Source of the DNA: Amphiscolops sp. MND2022
Taxonomy: Eukaryota
Length of the DNA stretch: 64,000 nt
Assembly (NCBI GenBank): GCA_964187785.1
Contig: OZ076416.1
Span: forward strand, 21,080,001 to 21,144,000
Direction of reading: 5' to 3'
How positions within the stretch are numbered: position 1 is the first letter of the stretch; each line of letters opens with the position of its first letter. Shown here in pieces: positions 24,580 to 35,246 of the stretch. A program made the position numbers and the translations under genes. The notes below the pieces were generated by a model. The model did not search any database and was not told the DNA's origin. It saw nothing but the letters and a program-made list of their open reading frames with translations.

Positions 24580-25190
24580 AGATTTGGATATTTTCCCAAG
24601 GTATGGTACAGGAAATTGAAGTCGCAATGTATTAGCATTCGTCTGCGGATTCCGCTGTACATGTATTAACATTGGTCCCTAAATTCCGCACTGCGATTTT
24701 GGAAGGCATCAATCTGGAATACAAAACAGCGGGTTCCGCTGTTATGAGGCGCAACACCCTCGCTAACCACGGAATCCACTGTTTTATGCTACTAGGCTCA
24801 TTTGGATATTTTCTCGAGGTATGGTACAGGAAACCGAAATCGCAATGTATTAACATTTGCCTGTGGATTCCGCTGTACATGTCTTATTATTGGTCCCTAA
24901 ATTCCGCACTGCGATTTTGGAAGGCATCAATCTGGAATACAAAACAGCGGGTTCCGCTGTTATGAGGCGCAACACTCTCGCTAACCACGGACTCCACTGT
25001 TTTATGCTACTAGGCCTATTTGGATATTTTCTTGAGGTATGGTACAGGAAACCGAAATCGCAATGTATTAACATTTGCCTGTGGATTCCGCTGTACATGT
25101 ATTAATATTGGTCCCTAAATTCCGCACTGCGATTTTGGAAGACAATAATTGTGAAGCGCAACACTCGCTAACAGCGGAATTCACTGTTTA
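24580..25190 (+). repeat. tandem array of 218-bp units, inverted partner of 19960-20460
   Basis: GGATTCCGCTGTACATG recurs at ~24647, ~24865 and ~25083. Confidence 0.92.
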
Positions 25191-25403
25191 ATGCTCCAAT
25201 TGTTTCCGACTAGCAAAAACCGACTTCTCCTATATCAAATACTCAGAAAGACTATGATTTTGCCCTCAACAACTTTTCAAGATGAACGACATAAGTTTGT
25301 ACGTGAACAACTCAATTGAACAGAACAAAAGAACAAAATATACAGAAATGTTGTGAAAACGAACATAAACACAACTAACAAAAAGAAACCTACGAAATTA
25401 GGT

Positions 25404-28400
25404 TCATGTTGATACTGTTTCCTCAGTATCTGCTGCTTTTTCCTCATCGATCTTTCTTTTGTTTCTGTGGCTCTTCAGGGCTGAGATAGCAGAAACTTTT
25501 TGACCTTGTTCACTGCACTGCCTCGCTAACAAAGGGCGCACATCTTTAACTTGCAATTTCTTGACATTTGGTCCGGGTAACATTTCGTACTTTTTCGGAT
25601 CCAGGATGCGATCTGATTCCAACGAGTCAAGTACAAACGAAAAGTGAATGAATTTCCAATCTCCTCCAGCAAATTTGCGACATAAAAGTCCTGTTGGAGT
25701 TGCCGCATTTTCCGATACAGACTTCTTTGGCACGTCCATCAACTCTTTATCGTTCGTTGATTCTTTGACAACATCCGTCGACTTCCTCAACTCTTTTTCG
25801 TCCTTCATAACGACAAAGCAGTTTGGACAAGTTGAGTGCGAAAATAACAATGTTTCAGCACTTGCTTTGGTGCAAACTGTTCCGCCCATCTCTGCTATCG
25901 CATTTTGGATATCTTCATTTTTCATTGAACCAAAGTTACCCACTACAAAAAAGTACAATCCCAAAAATCGGTGTTTCTTGTTCCGTGTCTCACCGACAGC
26001 AATCGAAGCGCACGAAACAGGCTGCAGGCAAATATCATTGTAAGTCTTCGATTCTTCGTCAGCTTGATTGACGATCCCACCAATTCCTCGGGCTTTCGAT
26101 AACAAATCGTTAATTGAAACTTGTTTTGCTTTGAGGGTTTGTTTCCTGAATAGCTTCAGCAAGGAAAATTGAAGCTCGAAAAAAAGGGGGTCTTGGGTTG
26201 ACTGCTTTCCTCCGCCTCTCATCGTCTTGCTCTGGAATGCTTTGTTTGCATTATGGTTAGACTTCTCCAAACCCTCGCACATATGATTCCAAGGAGTTAT
26301 AATATGTCCGCTTTCAATTAGTTGTGGATAAAGTAGCATCTTCAGCTTGTAAGGCGTAAGTCCTTTATCTTTGCCAAAAAGTAACATTGAGACTTGGTAA
26401 TACGTCTCTGCCCACTTGGTGAAACTTGTAATGTCAAGACCGGTCCGTGAACTGCGCAAAAGAATAGTGCACATGTTAAGGCTTTCCCTCATGAGCTCAG
26501 CTGCATCTGAAATAGAAATTCTTCTTCTTCTTTCCATACACCTTCGAATAAATTTGTCATGTCTGGAATCATATCAGAAAACTCGTCTTTGTTGGCAATT
26601 GCTGTAAGTGCTCCCGAACAAGAAAGTGACACCGCACCGACAGTCTTCACCTTCTGTCCAGATTTGGTAGTCGTATCGAACTGGAAGTGCGGTTTCTTCA
26701 CATCTCGTTTGGTCAGATTTTCTTCCAAACGCGCAAGTGACTCCTTCTCTTTGGGATGCTTGTCATCAACAAGCTTCTGTGCAATTTTTTTAAGGTCATT
26801 TTCGACACATCTTGTTATCATGTGCGTTACATCAGGGCAAACGCATCGTATGTCGTCGTAGCTTACGAGAGACGTCGCAGGTAGATCAGTGCGGAAAGGA
26901 ACTGGAACTTGGCTTCTGTATCCAGATTTTGGATTGACTGTTGTAGGCAGAAACGTGTCGTCCGATCCCAGAAACAGTGGCATGAGTGACGGGAAATCTG
27001 AGCTGCGATCGTTTGAGATTCCAAGAATTAACCTAAATGTAAGAAAAAATTTGACATCTTGTAGGCTCAGGAAGTTCTCAAATTACATTACAGCAAAAAA
27101 AATTACAAAGACATAACAGCAGGAGAATAAACAGAAAGAATCTCTCTTAAATCCAGAGTTTTTGAATCAGGCTGCAACCATGTATGATGCTCCCAGTAGT
27201 TTGTAGCAAAACATTTTGCAGCTACAGTGGCATGAAATAATTTGACAAAACTCTATAGGACTGTCCATCGTTCAGTTTTAAATTGAAGCGGTATCAAATG
27301 TTGCTCACCTGAGTAGGAACGGGTTGTCTCCGCTATAAGTCAATTTGACGCCGAGTTCTCTCAACGCAACAGTCTGCTTGAACAGCCACCCGGATGTTTG
27401 GTCCCCAACTTTTTCGTATCCCACATTTTGCTCTAAAGCAAACCTGCTGTCGTTGCCTCGGTACGCAGCAAAACAGAAGACACTGTCAGATGATTGCACA
27501 CTTATTTCCTCACAGATCAATCTGAACGCCAGTCTTGTTACTTCTGTTCCTCCAATTGCGGCACCATCTCCCCAGATATCAACTTTTAGTCCCGAGATGT
27601 TTGTAGTTTGAAGGATTGCGTATGCAGCAAGTTTGACACATCGAACAACATCCACTCGGAATCCACTGAAAGTTCTTTCCGGATTGCAGAGTTTAATGAA
27701 ATGTTGGGTGAATTTGGCATTGGACGTGACAATCGTACGAATTGAGGGTACCAAGTTAAAGCCCAGGCCAGGAGCTGACAATCGAGAACGAATCAGGTTG
27801 ATCACGTCATTTACGTTACCAGTCTTCGTATGAATTGCCAATGCGTCGCGAAAGTCAGAACAACTACCCCTGTCTATGAACAAGCCAGCACTAAGGCCCC
27901 CTATGATGTTCTTTTGCTTCTTGGACGCTCCATTACGCCTCTTCCTTTGTTCAGCTTCTCTGTGTGCTGCTTCAGTCAACCCACGAATACTAATCCCTTT
28001 GTACCTGATGCACCAAATCACTTGTCTCCAAAAGCTCTTCAAGTTCAACTTTTTCCCGGCTTTACACACATCCTGAGCATTTTTACGTAAAGAAAGTTTC
28101 GGCCTGCTCTTAATTCGGTTAGCTGGTTTGATGGATCCGCCAGATGAGCCAGAGGAAACGGGCATACACGAGTTGTTAGGGGCAGGAGCATTGAAGGGGA
28201 CGACGTTTGGGACAGATGCTTTGAATGGGACGTTGTTTGGTACAGACGCATTGATGGGGACGTTGTTTGGGAAAGATACATTGTAAGGGTCAACATCAGG
28301 AATAAGCTCTCGGGAAAAAAAGAAGGAGACAAAATCTTTCCTGACTTGGTTCCATGTGTGATCTCTCAATCCGCAAACTATGATAAGTTTCATTATTTTT

Positions 28401-28810
28401 GCAGCTACGTAGACTGCTTCACGTCCTCCTTTTTTGGCTTTGACTCTTCTGACCAAAGCTTCTGGATCTCGATCCAGCGAAGTACCAGTAACAATTTGTT
28501 TGACGGCTGTAAGCATATTACGATACCTGTTCTTGGAATTTATTTCCGCAAGAAATATCTTCTCTAGAATGTCGCTGTTGATAAACTGCCTATTGCATTC
28601 GACAATCAACAAGTGTTGATGACATAAGTCTTGTATGTAATTTGATCCTTCCATTGCAGGATGAAGATGAAAATCAAATGAGAATGGAGAGGTTAATATC
28701 ACCTTATATGTTCGCAAATCAACTCTAATACTGCGTTTAGTGTTATTTGACGCTTTTTCAATTAATTTGACGTTTTTTGAAATGATTTGACGCTTTCCAA
28801 AGGGTGTCAT
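25404..28810 (-). CDS. RAG1/Transib/Chapaev-like DDE transposase with C-terminal BRCT-like domain; one intron, one frameshift (~1043 aa if repaired)
   Basis: Intron 27033-27308 (AG|GTGAG...TTTAG, phase 2). D in IWGDG (27566-27568), D in YSGDNPFLLR-LILG (27326-27328), CPDVTHMITRCVE, TPY, E in EGLEKSNH (26265-26267). A single missing base near 26520 separates ORFs 26489-26983 and 25404-26537. Confidence 0.82.
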
Positions 28811-28955
28811 AATGCGTCTCTAACCGATAGACGGGTGTCAGTTTAGCACCTCGCTTTTACTAAAAGTTTTACTGGTAGTCAGTCGTTGTAATCATTATAC
28901 AGTTGTCGAGTTACTCTACCTGTTTACCTTCCTTACCTGAATAATATTTTCCAGT
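28811..28955. promoter_or_regulatory. 145-bp divergent intergenic region between transposase and Tudor-like gene
   Basis: Two ATGs face away from each other (28810 minus, 28956 plus). Confidence 0.5.
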
Positions 28956-30503
28956 ATGTCTACGCCCGCGGAAATTTTTCGTCCAAACGAAATGGTTCAT
29001 GTTATTGACGAGAGTATATCTAGGTGGACAAAGGCTAAAATTATTGGCATCGTTAGCGACTGGTCTGTTAAAATAAAATGGATAGGCTACACTTCAATCT
29101 ATCCTTCAGAAACTATTGAGGTACCCGAGGAAAAGCGTACAGATCAGTCGTCATGGAACCTTCGAAAAGTTATAGAAAAGACACATTCCTCCATACTTTC
29201 CAGAGAGGACAGACGACAAACACCAAAGGCAGTACAACTCGAGTACAACCCCAAACATTGTGTTCATGACGATGAGGTGAGTGTCAGTCCAAATAATTTT
29301 TGTTTTTCGAAAATCAGTGCGGTTTAGCGACTGCGGAATCCGCTGCTGTCTAATATAATAGGCTTTGCATCCGGAATCTACTGTAAACTTAATGTAAAGA
29401 GATTTGTCCCGGGATTCCGCTGCACTTATGAAGTGTGTCTTTGAAATCCGTCATATAAAACAGCGGATTCCAGGTCCTGTAGGTCCAAAATGCTGCGAGC
29501 AGTCAACTCCGTTCTTTTCAAAAAGTGTTGGGTTATGCATGGCATCGTAATGTGACATGTACATTGTTTGATTGTATTTCTCTGGGATTAGGAGAAGAGT
29601 ATTCGGATTACCTATTAAGACTTAGTCCATGTAAGATTGTACACCTCTGGAAATAGGAGAAGTGTTATTTATTAGGTCTAATTTTTTATTTCTGCGCTAA
29701 TTAGGATTCAGTCCATGTAAGATTTGTAAACTCTGCAATTAGGCATTTTTGAAAGGATCTCTGCATTTAGATTTAACCTTTTTTTCTAGGTAGACTTCTT
29801 AGACGAATCGGAAGACGTTGCCGTTGTGAAGCATGGACGAATACTACTTAATGATCTGTTCCTACAACAAATGATGGTTTCCGTAGAAGGCGAAATGCCC
29901 CGATACGTTTCGTACAGCGTACTACGGAACCCAGTCCAACAAGTTAGTGCCATCGTCCCGAAAGTAGAAGACGACGATGACGACGATGACGACTCGATGC
30001 CTCGTCCGCCGGCTCCAAAAAAGCCCCGCTCTCAGAAGGAGAAGCCCTTAGAGATTGACATGATCAATTTAATCCCCGTGCTTCCAGACGGGGACACCAG
30101 GACAAGCGTGCCATTGACTTGCGCTCCGTGCACAAACGGCATTCTTTTTAAAGGGACCAAGGCATTAGATCGAGGAGGATACATTTGCACAATTGAAATG
30201 CTAGAGTACGTCATTTCAAGGAAGAAAGCATTTGTCAGTTTATCATGGGATGAAAATGCGGACTTCACTAGCAGAATTCCAGCGTCTTCAGTAAGGCTCC
30301 CGGAAGAGAATTACACAACATTGGACCCCGTGAATCTAGACAGCATGGTTTGTCCTATTGATGGAACATATGCTGTATTTTCTGCCATCAAGCGGGCCAT
30401 AGGTCTGTATCGAAAAAAAACATTCTGCGAGTTTCAATGTGTGCCCCGCAACAACTTTCACCAGGCGATGTGTTGGATTCGAAGCAGATTCAGCTCGGGA
30501 TAA
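28956..30503 (+). CDS. Tudor/chromo-barrel-like repeat protein, 2 exons (~344 aa)
   Basis: Exon 28956-29276 (GAG|GTGAGT) joins 29790-30503 (TTCTAG|GTA) in phase 0. FRPNEMVHVIDESISRWTKAKIIGIVSDWSVKIKWIGY fits a Royal-family barrel pattern; acidic/basic linker DDDDDDDD...PKKPR. Confidence 0.6.
29325..29560 (-). repeat. inverted copy of the element's left end inside the Tudor-gene intron
   Basis: Reverse complement aligns with ~14245-14500 (CCTGGAATCCGCTGTTT..ATGACGGATTTCAAAGACACACTT...GGACAAATCTCTTTACATT...TATTATATTAGACA). Confidence 0.9.
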
Positions 30504-30756
30504 TGTACGTATTTCAAAATAAAATTGGTCAATTAGGAGGATCATTAAGTAATTGTTAACTAAGAGCACTGAAACAATCCAAGATGATCGTTTTTTGAGT
30601 TCTTGTTATTGTTTAGGTCAGATTTGCTGCTCATATTGAAACTGGACTCAAATTGAAAACAAAATTGGTCAATTAAGAAAATCATTAAGTATTTGTTAAC
30701 TAAGAGCAATGAAACAATACAAGATGATAGTTTTTTGAGTTCATGTTAATGTTTAG

Positions 30757-31023
30757 GTCAGGTTTGCTGCTCATATTGAAACTGGACTTCGCGGATGTCA
30801 TCGCTCGTGGGACTCACTCTTTGGAGAGCGGTGGGACATTTTGCCAGGAGACGGAGAAGAGTCGCTGGACACCCTCATCAGAGCAATCCGATTCTCTGAG
30901 ACCCAAGACTTTCTCTTCCGAACCATTAAGGTGCAGATAAACTCTTGTGAAGGTCGCTTCCGAAACGAAGAAAAATATCGGGAAATCCTCAATATCAACT
31001 CTAAACACAATGAGGGACTCTAA
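30757..31023 (+). other. probable further exon of the Tudor-like gene, or an orphan exon
   Basis: TTTAG acceptor, then open frame VRFAAHIETGLRGCHRSWDSLFGERW...NEGL*. The preceding exon ends in TAA just before a GTACGT donor-like site. Confidence 0.4.
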
Positions 31024-31089
31024 ATTTGTATTGTGTGTATTATTTATTGTATGCTAGCATCAAATAATAAATCAAGTTTAGAATCAAGA

Positions 31090-31830
31090 TCATCTATCCT
31101 AATCCCAGAGAAAATAGTAGAGTACATGTAGTTTTAGTAGCATGTAGGCCAATAATACATAATGGAGACAGTAATTTCAATCTCAGAGACAATAGTTGTA
31201 TACATGTATTATTAATAGCATGTAGGCGTATTATACATAATCCTAATCCCAGAGGCAATAGTAGCTTACATGTATTATTAATAGCATGTAGGCCTATTAT
31301 AAATACATAATGGAAACAGTACTCCTAATCCAACAGGCATTAATAGATTACATTCATGCCTATAATACATCAGGGAGACACAATTATCTTAAACACAGAA
31401 ACTGTATACACCCTGTAGAGGTTTCAGACAATGTATATTAATTAGTCGGCTTTTATTTTATAGTTGTATTGTCTCATTGATGCTCGTTTATTAATACCTG
31501 CCAATTTAGTGCAGATGAAGAATTGTTCACCGAAAAGAGAGTACAAAATAGTTAGAGTAAAGTTTGAATTCAACGAAATCGTTTCTTATCATAGAACTAG
31601 ATTACAACACAATCAATTAAACACAAAATACAGTAGTAGATTACGAGCAATACAGAATTATGATACTTTAATTTATCTCAGTAATCTTAATCCCAGAGAC
31701 TATAGTAGAATACATAATGGAGACAGTAATCCTAATCCCAGAGACAACAGTGGATTCCATACATGAAGGCCTATAATACATCAAGGAGGCTTGTTTATCC
31801 TAAACCCAGAAACTGTATACGCCCTATTAA
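31090..31830. repeat. degenerate minisatellite with CTAATCCCAGAG cores
   Basis: Repeated (C/T)TAATCCCAGAGA...TACATGTA...GCATGTAGGC segments; inverted relatives at ~29580-29710. Confidence 0.7.
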
Positions 31831-31879
31831 ACACAATAATAAGTGTATACAGCAAGCTTTATACTAGCCCGCACTCGTC

Positions 31880-32235
31880 TGCGGATTCCGCTGTCATACA
31901 ACTTGAAGCAGATGTCACGCAGAGCTGTCAGTGGATTCCGCTTCACAAAACAAACATTTTAATACTTGCTTGCATTAGTCTACGGAATCCGCTGTCACTG
32001 CCCCGGATTCCGCTGGTACTGGTCCGGATTCCGCTGTCACTCCCCCGGAATCCGCTGTAAGCAGCGGATTCCACGATTTCGAACTGACCAATGCAGCGGA
32101 TTCCGCGATTTTGCCATATCGTCAACTGAAATCGCGAGAAAATATACACTGCGGTATTAGTCCCTGAATTCCACGCGGCGAATTCCGCTCTTTGCGGTTG
32201 GCATGTTTTAAAGCTTGGCCCAGGATTCCACTGCT
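31880..32235. repeat. right subterminal array of the same palindrome
   Basis: About ten copies of (C)GGATTCCGCTG / GGAATCCGCTG immediately inside the right TIR. Confidence 0.85.
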
Positions 32236-32259
32236 CAAGCGGCTCAACTTTGAGCTGCA

Positions 32260-32297
32260 CAAAAAGTGTAGGGTTATGCGTCGTAATGAAGCTTGTG
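32260..32297 (-). repeat. right terminal inverted repeat
   Basis: Reverse complement reads CACAAGCTTCA then TTACGACGCATAACCCTACACTTTTTG; one mismatch to the left core. Confidence 0.75.
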
Positions 32298-33781
32298 GGT
32301 CCACTTATCTGTCAAACAAGTTTATATGAGATATGTGAAACGCATCCCTCTTTGACAGGTCCTGTCTGTATTTTTCTTGCATAAAAGTCACTGAACACTT
32401 TTTGAGCTGATATCCCAGTTCGGATCTACTATGCACCAGGAAGTTTCCAAAACAGTGTTTCTCGAAAAACTAATGACGACGGCTGGTATAACTTTGTCAT
32501 TAACCTCACTAGTAAACGTTGAAACTGGGACGACCAGTGACTTCACTCAATTCAAGAACGCCAGCGGAACCTATCAACGTAAATTAGTAAACTAACCACT
32601 AAAACGCCAAGTCACAAGCAAACTACCAGGGAAATTGTGAGAAAAACTCCATAAAAAATGAATGCCTCTGTTCCAAAAATTTATCACTTGCTGCCCTAAT
32701 CCAGTCCTTTGCACTACTGCTATTTGATGCATCGAAGCGACTTTGAATAAGATTGCCTCAATCTTTACGCGCAAAACATTTCCATCAGCAAGCTGATAAA
32801 CATCAAGTGGCTATTTTGCCCCCTGCTGAAAGCCCTGTCCCGAGAATTGCAAAGGACGAAAATCATGAAAGCCACGGCGGAGAACCCGAAAAGCAAACTG
32901 GCAGGCTAAAATAACGTCAAACTTGTGCGAAAAAAGACTCAATCAGCCGAGTGCTAATTATGCCAAAGACAGATCTCAAACTGAAAAGGGTAACCTTCTT
33001 TAACATGATGCTACTAATTGTTATAAATGCCCAAAACGAATCTTTCTGCTTGAATAGGCCTTGAATGAATCTTTCTGATTGTTTCCCTTCTCTTATCGTC
33101 GTGCAAAGTCAATAATGTTGTAAAACGTTGTATTTTCTTGATGTCTTAGCTACTGTATGAGCTACTTATTCTTACCTTCCTGTGATCTAATTGAAAAATT
33201 CACCGTTGACACCACCACCTACGTTTTTAAGAGCTATCTAAGCGGTGATCCTGAGAGAAGAAACGCAATATGCCCGTTGCTGATAGCAATTACAGACTGG
33301 AACAGGTCGGCAAATACTCCTTAGAGGCCGAATCATCTCCTGACGGGACAAGTTTTGCTTCAGGAGGACTTGCGGACTTGTGAGAACTTCAAAATGGAAT
33401 TGTGGCCATCGGCGCCTGTCCCGGGCAAATACCCATATCATGAGTTCCTCCATGTTCAGAGACTACGGAAGCTACGGCTACTGCTTGGCGTTACATCGCA
33501 TAGGCGATCGTACTCAGCTCTTTGTAGTCATTGTTATTGATGATCGATGGTGAAAAGAATACCTTGACTTTCCAGGAAACTGAAGAGGAACAATTTCATT
33601 TTATTCGTTTTGAAACTGACATTTGTTCTATACTTTGCGTTTGGTTTTTAGTCGGGGCTTTTCGTAGAAAACGCAGAATATAGCAGTGACTTTTCTTTTT
33701 TTAAGACCAACGAACTGACAGATTTTATAAGCTTTATAAGCTGACTTGCACTAACACTAAACTGTGCCACACTACTTCTAC

Positions 33782-33863
33782 TGGCACTTGGCATAGAGGT
33801 TAATTAGGCTTTTTTTGAGGTCTGCCAAGCAGAAGGACGTGGGTTCGAGTCCCGCCCTTGGCC
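33782..33863 (+). other. degenerate tRNA-like / SINE-head sequence
   Basis: A-box-like TGGCATAGAGG, T-arm GTGGGTTCGAGTCCCGC, followed by a T-run. Internal T7 run and no clean cloverleaf. Confidence 0.35.
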
Positions 33864-35246
33864 GATTTTTTTGTGCAGGTTATATCGTTTTTTTCGCAAG
33901 TTTTTCAACTTTAATTTTTAATTTTATTTTTTTAAAATGTCTCCAAAGGGTCCCCCTTCTATGTTTTTCTATTTTGCAAAAGAATGGATGTTCAAAAACT
34001 CCCAAAGGGCTCCTTTTACATTTTTCGGCAGTATGCGACTCACCGGAGACCAAAAAAGTTCGACAAAAATTTCGAAAACTTTCGGATTTTTTTTCAATTT
34101 TTTCCTAATGCGGGTACTTTAGAAGAAAATACTTGACACTTTGAAGTCCTTTTGCTATTTTTGAGCCTTAGATATGGCGCCGACTTGGGACGTTCCCGGC
34201 TTGTTCCTGTTTAAACAACTGTGTGCCCAGTTTCGGAATGCTGAATTAGAATCTTTTTCATTGTAAAAGGAACTAAAGCTCGTAGTGGAACAGGTTGCTC
34301 AGAAATATTTTCTCGAAAGTCTATTTGGCACAAAGAATTTTTTCTTTTTTCTCAGTGGTTTTAAGCGATTTTTGTGGAAGAATGACTTCCTCATTTTCAG
34401 AAAAAACAACTCCATAAATCATGGGATTATTGTTTTTGCGCTTCAAATCTCATCCAATGAACTTATTGTCCTAGATTGGTTCAAGATTCAAAACGGAATG
34501 ATAGGCAGGTATATTCTGAAACAAAAGCATCTCCATCTTCAGATACTGTCAGTAGGAACACCAGGAAACCTCATGAATTGTTTTTACGTGTGTGGGGGGA
34601 GAGGTATGTTTCGAGACTGAGAGTGTACCGGCGAGTTGCCACGAAGCTCTAAAATGAGGAGCCTCCTCGACATATGAAAATACTTGTAGGAGATTATTGA
34701 GTTAAAAGCTAGTCTTGTGATTTCTTTAGGAAAAAGGTTGCCTGTTTATGCAACCTAGGCACTCTCCAGTTCTAGATAGTGCTCCTTTCGTTGTATATTA
34801 CATGGTTTCTTACGTTCGACTTGAAGTATTTTGATGTGTATCGGGATGTTGTCGTAAGCCGTAACGTTTGTGGATTTTGACGTTCTTTTTGCAAATAATC
34901 AGTGTTCTTCCCAAGTCTCTTGTACCTGTTTTAGAGACTACTTAAATGTTTAATTTTCCCAGTTTTGCCGAATTTTGTAGAATTTTAGCCCGGGTAGTAC
35001 AATGAAGCACATGTTCAGAAGATCTCTTGAAGCCTTTTTCTGGGGCAGTATTCACACGTTGTTTGGTGTCGCTAAGTCCCGGACTATTCTGACTTTTAAG
35101 TTCACACGGTGGTTCTAGCATTTGCTTTCATAATACTTCTTTCATTATATCTTTCATTATACTTCCGCCAATTTGAAGCTACTTTCTTGAGCCTCAGCTA
35201 TTCTCCAAAGTTTATTGGAACTGTTTTTATTACGTATACACAATTC

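Larger units (their letters stand above)
14241..32297. mobile_element. putative ~18 kb CMC-superfamily (Transib/Chapaev/RAG1-like) DNA transposon with chromatin-gene cargo
   Basis: Inverted termini with a 26/27 match, CAC at both outer ends, subterminal palindromic arrays at both ends, internal DDE transposase and three cargo genes. No TSD recognised. Confidence 0.75.

Noticed and set aside
19936-25105. Repeated 73-97 aa ORFs (MPxDSAVHVL..., MYSGIHRQML...)
   Set aside because: They are translations of both strands of the 218-bp repeat, with no domain signature.
26489-26537. Programmed -1 frameshift in the transposase
   Set aside because: There is no canonical slippery heptamer or clear stimulator; a single lost A explains the overlap.
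32258-32297. RSS-like reading of the right end (CACAAGC, 23-bp spacer, then ACTTTTTGT)
   Set aside because: The nonamer-like tract is T-rich rather than ACAAAAACC, and the left end has no matching heptamer or 12-bp spacer; probably coincidence.
14231-32305. Target-site duplication around the giant element
   Set aside because: Left flank TAAAA and right flank GGTCC do not match, and neither do alternative end points I tried. The exact ends therefore remain unproven.
33782-33863. Functional tRNA gene
   Set aside because: Only the T-arm and boxes are recognisable; an internal T-run would terminate Pol III and no anticodon arm folds.
32300-35230. Possible coding fragments between the transposon and the LINE
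   Set aside because: Short open stretches with no family motifs or consistent splice pattern.
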